A stretch of 54,253 bases of DNA from Catajapyx aquilonaris (Eukaryota), in NCBI GenBank assembly GCA_000934665.2, contig KZ538042.1:124001-178253 (forward strand), in the 5' to 3' direction. The number at the start of each line of letters is the position of its first letter. The first letter of the stretch is position 1. The position numbers were made by a program, and so were the translations under genes. Below, in pieces: positions 45,564-54,253 of this stretch. The notes under the pieces were generated by a model, which was not told where the DNA came from, did not search any database, and saw only the letters and a program-made list of their open reading frames with translations.

Positions 45564-46667
45564 AGTCGCGCATGCTCATTCCTACTGGTAGATCCTGATG
45601 TGCACACGGATTTGGAATGCGCATGCGCAAGTCATTTGTGACTCCGCCCCCTCGGCGCATGCGCTCTAATCCCGCGTGGTGCCCTAACAAAAACTGCACG
45701 AATTTCTTGTTCCCCGTTTGAAGAGGCCTATCGGGGTCTGTCTGTTTGCTATCATCGCGTGCAACTTGTCCAGATGTCCAGTAGAAGTGGCGGGTGTAAA
45801 GGGGCCACTACTCCAGGCGGCCTAATCCATCAGAATCAGGCCCCTGGATTCAAAACGTGTCTGGACGGCTGTTAAGAGGACCCCCCACCATCTCTCTCTC
45901 TCTCTGGAAACTGTTACGTATGCTGTGTCGCTTTGATAAGAAAAGAGCACCGTCCGTGGAACGTGCCTCTCCGCCTAAGCCCGGGCACGTCCCGACCTTA
46001 TTCTTATTGGAGGCTACTATACACTCTCCTTGTCGGCCATTCCATGCTAGATATTTCAATCGTGTCAACATCGGTCCATCTTAACATATACAGCTGGCAA
46101 TAGCAGTTATTTTTTTAAATTTTTTTCCTCCCCACATTTCAATTGCGACATTTGGTATAAGCCATCCACCTCTTTTCCTCGTGTAATAATGTCCGTTATG
46201 ACAGTAAGTGACCCCTACTGTGTGTGCCTGTAGGCTGACGAGCTGTGTGTACAGTATAGATGTGCGACTGGTCCTATCTCCCTTAGACCCTGAAGTAATA
46301 TTGCGGACGAGCCGTCGTGTGTTTCTCTTCCCTGGTTGTAATAACGTTGATGGGCCGAGTCATGAGGGCTTGACAGAGTGGTATTGGCCATCATATACTG
46401 CACTCGAGGGAAACGGACTTCAAAAGACACTCTCTCTAAATGGGTAGGAGGGACAGGGGGGGCCTGGAGCTGTCGCGTACAGGTCTCCTGCTGCGATCAT
46501 GTCACGAGTACATGGGAGTATACAACACGTTTGGACCGCAAGTTGCCTCAAGTTCACAGTTCGTGATGGACTAGGCAGTGGAAATTGTTACGGTTTGTTT
46601 ACCCACCTGCAGGAAGTTCACAAAATGATTGTTGCTTCTGCATTGTCTTGGTCCGAGATTTGGCAAA

Positions 46668-47095
46668 ATTTGTATAGTACACAAATAGCTCAACCATACG
46701 CATCTTCAGCACCAAAATGTCAGTCCTCTATAAATTATCGCAGGTTTAAAAGTCACTGAAATTGGCGGGGAAAAGGGGGCGTGGCCTAAAAGGCGCATTC
46801 CCACTCCTGCTTGGTGATAGTTGCCACCGTAGTGACGTATACGTTAATAAAATTTACTGGCTGTCGTTCGATTCCGTTGTTAGGCGCGAACAAGGCAAAC
46901 AAACATAAGGGGGGAAAGCAGCCCGGGTGCTTTCCTGCCTCTGCACGGATCTGTGTAGCCACAGTGACGTAACAAGGCAGGACGATACCGCTATCTTAGA
47001 TCGATCATAGCTCGAAAACTAATACGTATTTCTTCCAAACAAACAACACCAAAATTCATTAAAAAATAAGGAGGAATTTTTACACGTGTTTTGAA
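46668..47095 (-). mobile_element. Diverged DNA-element copy, inverted relative to 48949-49622
   Basis: Colinear inverted matches: TTCAGCACCAAAATGTCA, TGGCGGGG.AAA.G.GGGCGTGGCCTAA, AAAGCAGCCCGGGTGC.TTCCTGCCTCTGCAC, AGCCACAGTGACGT, GATCGATCATAGCTCGAAAACTA and ACCAAAATTCA. Confidence 0.8.
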
Positions 47096-49198
47096 ACATG
47101 TAGGCTAGGACCCCCATTCCAGACATGCGTGTCTGTATGTCCTGCCATGATTTTCCAACTTGTTCAATGCACGTGGCTTGAAAATTTGTGCTCGTTTTCC
47201 CCCCATTATTTTTGAAGGGTAGGAGGTTCCCCCCACATTTCCGGTCGGATGCCTGCATTCAAATTTTTTAATCGGCCTTCACCTCCCATTCCCAGTCCCT
47301 CAAAAAAAAACCTCTACCAAAAGCAGATTGGCAAATATTCGGCGCCATTTTTTTTTTTTTTTGCTGCTGCTGAACACGCTTAATTTCGCGGGGGATGCAA
47401 ATAAACCGTGACTCGGGTCGCGGGTAGTTGGGGAAGGAAAAGCTGTGAGCAATTGAGCTGTTAACGGTTTGAATGACATCGTTTGTAACTTTATTTCGAA
47501 CCGCGCATGCTGTTCTCCCATGCAAAACGCAATAACTCCAGTCTGTCGTTCGATAACAACAGCTACAAACCTTCAAAAAAATTGGGCACGAAATCTTGCT
47601 CCCAATATTCACACAGGTCATTTATACACTGTGTACATCATCCAGGAAGCTGAACCCAATCAACGTCACGTCAACATCAATTGGTTGTTAATCACTGCTG
47701 CGGATACAGCCTACGGTACTTCCATCGCACATTTAAAAACCCAAAAGGGCAGTGGTGTGTGGAGGGATGCAGACATTCCAGGATATGTCTTTTATCTAAC
47801 GCGATTCTGGCTGGTTAAAGCGCAAAATTTGGGGTTAATTCCCTGCGGGCTAATTGAAGGTGTTGTTCCAACTGCACAAGTGGCGTTCAAGCATTGTCTC
47901 GTTCTTTTTTTGGGGGGGGAATAGGGTTGGGTTGGGGAAGTGAGGGAGGGGAAAAAGTAGAGAGATCCAGTCGACACTGTCAAGTTCGTATGCTTCTCCA
48001 GCGTCTGTCGGGTTAGATTAATTACAAGGTACTTTGGTTCATGTCGAGTGCGAGTAAGCCTAATTGGGATCATCTACTCCAGAGAGATGGGGAAGAGATT
48101 CGAGGGGCCGCTGCACTCTGGCACATTCAATATTCCGAAAGAGTTTGAGACCAGCTCACATCCGAGGGAGAAAAATATTTGTCATAAAACCTTAAAGGTT
48201 AATCCAACAAGAAAGGAAACTGCTACTCATTGTCCTGTTTTTCATTAAGATAAAAAAAAAGTAGCTGATTCTGTCTGCTACAAAGCGACACAATACTTTC
48301 TGCTGGCAGAAAAATCGGCTGAACATTTTTCCTCGCGAAGGTAAATCCTTATTTGCAACCGTCTGACAATATTGTGTCAGTTTGCGAGCCCTTTTGTGGG
48401 AATAAGAATGCCCCCCAGGCCTCTTTAATTTGTAAAATGGGGATACAGGAAATGGTGTGGAGCAACCGACCGAAAAACTGGTACACAGTGGATAATATAT
48501 ATCGTCTGGCAGTAATCACGAGTGAGGCAGGTTCTGTTCATAAAAGGAAGGGGTTTTTTTTCTCTTCCCTATATATATCCCTCTTTTTACTGCCATTTTG
48601 GGACGGGCCCTTTTGTAGATTCGGAACGGCCATTATGGAGGAGACCTGCATCTGACGACTGTTAAAAGACACATGCTCGATTTATGGGGCGGCACTGGGA
48701 GGGGGGGTTTGTGTGACGTCGTCTGCCTTGCAGGGCACTTGCATCTGTGGTTAAACCACTCAGAAAATGTAATGAGGACCGAATATCTGTCGGGAAAAAG
48801 TAGGCCACTCGCCGCTTCAAAGTGGAGAGATCTCTGCGACATTTAACGCGGAATTCAATTTTGCGCATGAAAAATAATGCCGCTCGTTACTTGCCCGAAA
48901 ACCAAATTAGCGGTCTTAAACATCGGACGCAAGACCACGCAGGGAATACAGGGTGTTGCATAATAGGGTACGTTTTGCAAACCAATGTAAAAAAATATCG
49001 TCCTGAATTTTGGTATTTTTTGTTTAAAGAAATGCGTACTAGTTTTCGAGCTATGATCGATCAAAGATCATATTAATTATACAGTATCGGCCTGACTTCT
49101 GACGTCACTGTGGCTAAACAGATCGGTGCAGAGGCAGGAACGCACCCGGGCTGCTTTGTTCATCTGTTTGATTTGTTGACCAGTAAATACGATTGTTG

Positions 49199-49466
49199 CA
49201 TTCGCCCCAAGCTATTGGTTTCATCGCTGATCAAATCAAGCCGTTTGTGATCTGCCTGTCTGTCCGCCTGGAACGCCAACCGTCATTTGCCTGCCATCTG
49301 TGCTCCGCCTCCTACACCTCCAACCTCTCTCGTCCTTTCGACCCGGCCTGGATTATTAGTTACATATATACATTTTTTGCCTGTCCTTTTCAGCTTGCTT
49401 TCCATTCATTTCTTCCCGAGCAACGCCGGTTATGGCAGCTAGTTGCTCATATGTATAAATGCGGCC
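49199..49466. mobile_element. Remnant of Harbinger MITE family H2, split by a Helitron
   Basis: TTCGCCCCAAGCTATTGGTTTCATCGCTGATCAAA plus TTGCTCATATGTATAAATGCGGCC rejoin into a diverged arm of the 25825-25973 element. Confidence 0.8.
49236..49442 (+). mobile_element. Non-autonomous Helitron, family C copy 2
   Basis: Inserted between A and T without a TSD: A|TCAAGCCGTTTGTGA...CATTCATTTCTTCCCGAGCAACGCCGG...CTAG|T. Both ends match 9345-9649. Confidence 0.88.
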
Positions 49467-50744
49467 TGACGTCAGCCGGAATAAGACAGGAGTCCGAATG
49501 CTCTCTTAGGCCACGCCCTCTTTTCCCCCGCCAGTTTGAGAGTGATTTTTAAACCCTCGATAATAATTGATCCAAGAATGACATTTTGGTGCTGAAAACG
49601 TGTGTTTACATCTGTACAAATTCCCCCCATTGTGCCAGTCTTGGGACATGTCGAATGTTTGGCAACACTGAAGTCCGACGCACTATTATATAGGGAAAGG
49701 TTAAAGCAGTGTGTAAAGTGCACCAAAAGTGTCCACTCGGGCACCCTCTCCAGCATCTCTCTGGCAGCACCGATAAATCTATCCATGCGAGTCGGCCAGG
49801 CTGCACGACTTTTGTCACCAAAAGAAGCACGCTGTTGGATAAAAATGGAAGGAAAAGGAAGGAAGTGGGGTCCTGGCAACGCTAGAGAGAGAGATGGGTC
49901 CAGAAGGGCCGTTAATTAAGTGCGGGCGTAATAAGAGGCGGCCTTCATTAGCAGAGAGACTAAGCCGCCTCGTTTGCTCCGGAAGCTGCCAAGGACCAGT
50001 GTGCCCTCCGCTAAACAACCAGGCCTACGACTCCCTGGGGACACTCATCTCACCCCCCTTTCCTTCCCTTCCCCCCACCCTCCCACCTATCATAACCCAA
50101 TCCTTTGGGGGGGTCACTTCCACTTTCCCGACCTCAACTTATCGGGAGGAGAGAAACAGAGACACACACTGACGGTGAGAGAGGTTTTAAGTCTTCATTG
50201 ATCTGCCAGATAACTACCTTGCCTTGTTATAGGGTCAGGCAGCCAAGTGCGACCAATTGCTCGGTCGTAACCCTTCTAAGCAAGTCGGAATAGCTGCAGG
50301 CCTTTCCTGTCTCTCTCTCAAGTCTCAACCATCGGCATATATACTTTTTACATCATTTGCTTGCCCCTCGAAAATTGAGTTTGCTCTGTAAACACTATAA
50401 TTTTTCGTGGAGGGTTGTTCCTCTGGCAATATTACACGATGAAAATGCCTAAAACTCGATTTTAAGCGTATTCTTCGAGATGTGAAAATGCACGTTTGAG
50501 AGGCTGGAATTTTTTCCAATTTTCTGGCTTTATACTAGTGGCTACAGAACAACCTTTCCATTCGATATATACAAAGTTGGTTTGTTCGTTGTGCCAAAGG
50601 AACTAAGGCCATCTGGCATTCGTGTGATGGGTTTTTGGTCATAGGCGTTGTATTTAATGCCGTAACACACAGTTTGTAATCCACCCTGAAAATCACCGTT
50701 GCTCCGATGCGAGTAAACAAACATTTCATGTTTGCGGCTCTCAT

Positions 50745-50795
50745 TGGGAGGAAACGGGAGCACCCCGAGAAAACCCACGCAAACACGGTGAGAAC
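50745..50795 (-). mobile_element. V-domain (V-SINE central domain) remnant
   Basis: Minus strand GTTCTCACCGTGTTTGCGTGGGTTTTCTCGGGGTGCTCCCGTTTCCTCCCA closely resembles the V-SINE core as I recall it. The tRNA head is absent. Confidence 0.75.
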
Positions 50796-50806
50796 CCATT
50801 TTCTAT

Positions 50807-50850
50807 ACGAGGTATGTACGAGGTCTACACGAGGTCTACACGAGGTCGTA
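50807..50850. repeat. 11-bp tandem repeat (ACGAGGTCTAC) x4
   Basis: Directly visible, with some unit variation. Confidence 0.9.
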
Positions 50851-50858
50851 TAAGGAAA

Positions 50859-51138
50859 CTAGCAGGTGGCATGTCCTTAGCACGGTTGCCACGGTAATTG
50901 ATAAATTAAAGAAATTCTGTTCCACGATTGCAGCAGAAGAGACACCAAACATTTTTTTATATAAATCCTAAATTTTTGAGTTAAACTCAAAAAAATTGCA
51001 GTTTTCGGACTGAACCCTAAATCAGCGGCACGTAAAACGTCAGTGTGCCAAGTTTCTCATTTTTAAAATGCTCATTTTACGATCAGTTTTTTTCGAGGGA
51101 TTTTTTTTGGACCCCTCATTACTATAAGGAAATGGTTA
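50859..51138 (-). mobile_element. Helitron family D copy
   Basis: Minus-strand 3' end CTAG|T at 50859-50862. 50935-51057 is the reverse complement of ~21995-22112. CTCATTACTAT near 51116-51126 matches the reverse complement of ~9720-9730. Confidence 0.78.
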
Positions 51139-52984
51139 ATGATGATCCAGTACTTGCATACTTTTCACTGGAACTGATATTAAATTAAAGAGTCGCTCGG
51201 CACAATGCTGGTTTTGCAATGGGGAATCATGAATGGAGCACACGTCATTTTTTATTAATAATTCAGGACACTGAACAATGCGCGACCGGACATAAGCAGT
51301 CACGCAAAGGACACTGCGCATTGTTGGGGATTTTACATGCGGCGACCTGGTGTCCACAGGGTGAGCAGCAGGCAAGATTCTTGTCTTAACATTTTCACCC
51401 TCTCGTCTGTGCTGAGGCAACAATAGGGATGGCATCGTCGCCCCCTGAGTGTGGAGCTTGTTTTCTTCCGGAGCATTGGGCAATGTGAGGCAACAATGAG
51501 TGGGGAAGGATGGGGATGGTTGAGGCTTAATCCTTTTGACTTGTCAACAAAAGGAAGAGGCTTGATCGCGGCGGCGTTGAAAAGGAGAGAAGCCCTTTTT
51601 CCTCTTCTCCCTTTTTTGGAAAAGGCTTGCTTGGGCCAGGGGGCTTGGCGATGGATGATCGGCCATGCGGCCTAATTCCCATTAAGCGCCATTCTCCCTT
51701 CCAGGCCACGCCCCCTATTTAACAGCCCGCATTCATCACTTAATATGCTTCTTTCCTACCGCCCGCTCCATATACTCTCAGCTCCAATCACACGAGCACG
51801 ATCCTTACAGCCCAGTTGCTCCAACCTCTAATTAAGCTCACTAACTAGATGAAATTTTTTTTACGAAGGCGAGTACGCAGCACAGTTCGCGCAGCATGCA
51901 CGGTTGGCATTATCAATGTATAGTTCTCTGCACTTATTTCCAACGCTGCTACGGTGTGTGTAGCATGAAACTGATGCAAACCTTTCGCCTGCTGTATATA
52001 ATCGGCGCATGTGCCCCTTTGCCTTTCTCTCGTTCTAACTGACCGTTTGTTCAGGGCTGCATACCCGATGGCATCAAGTGAGGGGAGGGTTTCCAATGTT
52101 ACACAGATCGATGGCGCTGACAGGTGTGAAGAGTCAAGCCGATCAGCCAGTCCCGTTATCTCAATTTCCCTCGCGGGGATTTTCCCTCTAGGTTTTTATT
52201 CCCAATATCAATCCAGCAGAACCAATGATGGCCATCGATAGTCTTTTTTTCCTCTCCCTTTCTCTCTCTCTCTTTTATATTTTTGAAGGAGATGGGCTCA
52301 TATAGCTGGGGGGTTGATTAGGAAAAATCGGTAAGGATGTCCCAATGAGCGGCGATGCTTTCAAATAATCTATCCGTCTAAGGAGCGGTTCTCTGCACTC
52401 TAGGGCATCCAGAGAGGAATTTGCTTCTTACAGAGGGTTAAAAGGAGGTTCAAAGAAGACGGGGGGGTTGGGGGGGGAGGAGGGGGTTATGGTACGGGCA
52501 TGTTGGCGGAGTTCCTTTGGTGGAAGAGGAAAGGAAAAGGGATGGAAAAGAAAAGAAAACTGGCTGGATTTTTTGGGGAGGGGGGTGGGGGTGGGGGGGC
52601 CAAGATGGGTGTGGTGGAGTTCGGTGGGTGGAAAGGGGGGGTTGGATGAAAAGGAAAAGAAATCCGGGCTCCATCTGCTGGCTCTCGGAATCAGGATTTG
52701 CTTTGGGTCATCGATCCGGGAGTCCGGGGGGGAAAAAAAGAAGAAGAATTGGGCCCGGTTTCTCCTCGCAGATTATTTCTCCGGGAACGAAAGGGGGGGG
52801 AGGAAGGAAAAGAGATGGAGGTTTGAATGTTGCAAGGACCGGAATGGATCGGAAGTACAGACCCAGCAAGACTTGGTCCAAATATGTGGTCACACCCACG
52901 GTTAGCTAATGGTCCTTGGTAAACTGGATTGCACCAATAATGGCAGGTTTATCCCACCTTTCCTACCTGTAACGGAAGACTATC

Positions 52985-53771
52985 TAGCTCTTAACGCGGC
53001 TGATCTTTACTACGCGACGAAGTGGTGGCGGCGTGGGGAAGGTCAGAGAGCGCGTCCGAATGGGTGGACCAAATGCATGTGACGTCCAGTGCCACAAAGC
53101 CACAATAACGTTTGTTGGCCTGTGCTCTGCTGACCCAAGGAGAAACACCCTATCTCTAAAACTAGTAAGGGTGAAACTCGCATGTCCGACGTGCACTTAT
53201 TGAGATTATGTAACCTTAAAAAAGTAGTGGCGCAGCTCTGCCGTCCCAAGGAGAAACACCCTATCTCTAACAGGGGCGGATCCAGAGAGGAATTTTGGAG
53301 GAGGAACGGTTCTAATGGCGGGGAGGAAGCCCGCCGCATGCGAATTTTTTAGGGGGGGGTTCAAGGTCACACGAGCTTAGGGGAATGTGGGAGGTGTGAA
53401 TTTAATATGAAACAATTCCCCCCCCCCCCCCGTGGATCCGCCCCTGTTTTTAAAACTAATACTCGTATGATGCCCGACCTGCACTTATTGAGATTATTAT
53501 ATAATCTTTAAAAAAGTTTTGTGGCGCAGCTCTGCCGTCCCAAGGAGAAACACCATATCTCTAAAACTAATAAGGGTGAAACTCGCACGGTGCCCGACCT
53601 GCACTAATCTCCGGTGACTCAGGGAGTGCAGGGTATGCACGCGACCTTCACCCTTACAAGTTTTAGCTGCGCCACAAAACTTTTTTTAAATAAACGTTAT
53701 ATAACCTAAAAATAAGCTCCCCCGGGCGTAGGAATTCGTCGCGTAGGAAAGATCAGCTGCGTTAAGAGCTA
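52985..53771. mobile_element. Composite TIR element with internal ~111-bp tandem units
   Basis: 37-bp TIR TAGCTCTTAACGCGGCTGATCTTTACTACGCGACGAA pairs with TTCGTCGCGTAGGAAAGATCAGCTGCGTTAAGAGCTA (2 mismatches). CCCAAGGAGAAACACC.TATCTCTAA occurs at 53134, 53245 and 53539. An inverted partial unit lies at ~53647-53710. Confidence 0.88.
53271..53446. mobile_element. hAT-like MITE nested in the composite element
   Basis: Perfect 14-bp TIR CAGGGGCGGATCCA / TGGATCCGCCCCTG. It interrupts the host unit at TCTCTAA|...|TTTTTAA (degenerate TSD). Confidence 0.85.
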
Positions 53772-54216
53772 TAGCTGCAGTTTAAATTTCTTTTCGTCAG
53801 TTAGCTCTTAACGGTCGGCTCAAACGTTGGAGTAACTGGGCGTAAACCCTTTAACCTTCGAACCTTCCAATCTGTTGTTTCAATTATGGCCAGTTCTTCA
53901 CTGGCTATCAAATACTGTTGGACCAGACGAGGTGGAGGGGGGGGGGGGGGGGGAAAACNNNGGTAAATTGAGCGTGTCGGATGAGTCGAGAAATGTTTCG
54001 CCAACTCTTGCGAGCTCCAGGAGTGTTGGAAATAAAGTTGTGCTCTCTCGGGAGGGTTGGCAATTCGCTCTTTTTAAGACGCCGGATGATCCGAGGCTTA
54101 ACGATGATGCTTCAGAAGGAGAGGAGGAGGAGGACGGTGGTAAGGAGGGAGGGAGGATGGAAACTGCGAGGAGTTAATGGCAATGAGAAGAGAGGAGTCT
54201 CCATGGTAACCCTAAG

Positions 54217-54220
<4 letters not shown>

Positions 54221-54253
<33 letters not shown>
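54221..54253. repeat. (AG)n microsatellite running off the window end
   Basis: Directly visible. Confidence 0.98.

Larger units (their letters stand above)
48949..49622 (+). mobile_element. Diverged DNA element beginning TA|CAGGGTG (Tc1/mariner-like end), host to nested insertions
   Basis: TA|CAGGGTGTTGCATAATAGGG terminus. Inverted homology to 46668-47095 on both sides of the 49199-49466 insert. Confidence 0.75.

Noticed and set aside
46668..49622. Single autonomous 3-kb DNA transposon with long TIRs
   Set aside because: No transposase ORF inside, no outer TSD, and the recognisable terminus sits at the inner end of the right arm. Kept only as an inverted-pair finding.

Overview
Eukaryotic, essentially non-coding DNA, most likely an intron or intergenic region of an arthropod. 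That assignment is inferred from a (TAACC)n/TTAGG tract, DINE-1/Lep1-like rolling-circle elements and a SINE resembling tick Ruka. No ORF in the six-frame track looks like a real protein, and I see no transposase, reverse transcriptase, CRISPR array, rRNA or true tRNA. The window is densely filled with short non-autonomous mobile elements: about 7 copies of a Helentron-type (HINE/DINE-1-like) family, two Helitron families (TC...hairpin-CTAG), more than a dozen palindromic MITEs (PIF/Harbinger-, Tc1/mariner-, hAT-, piggyBac- and Zator-like ends), two tRNA-derived SINE families, a V-domain remnant and retroposon 3' tails. Several of these are nested two or three deep. The most notable observation is that two different Harbinger-type MITEs sit at the same TTA within two separate copies of the HINE family, which suggests targeting of one transposon by another. 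One isolated 44-nt candidate exon (33754-33797) and TAAT-rich unique blocks suggest a large host gene. All alignments were done by eye, so boundaries of degenerate elements are approximate.
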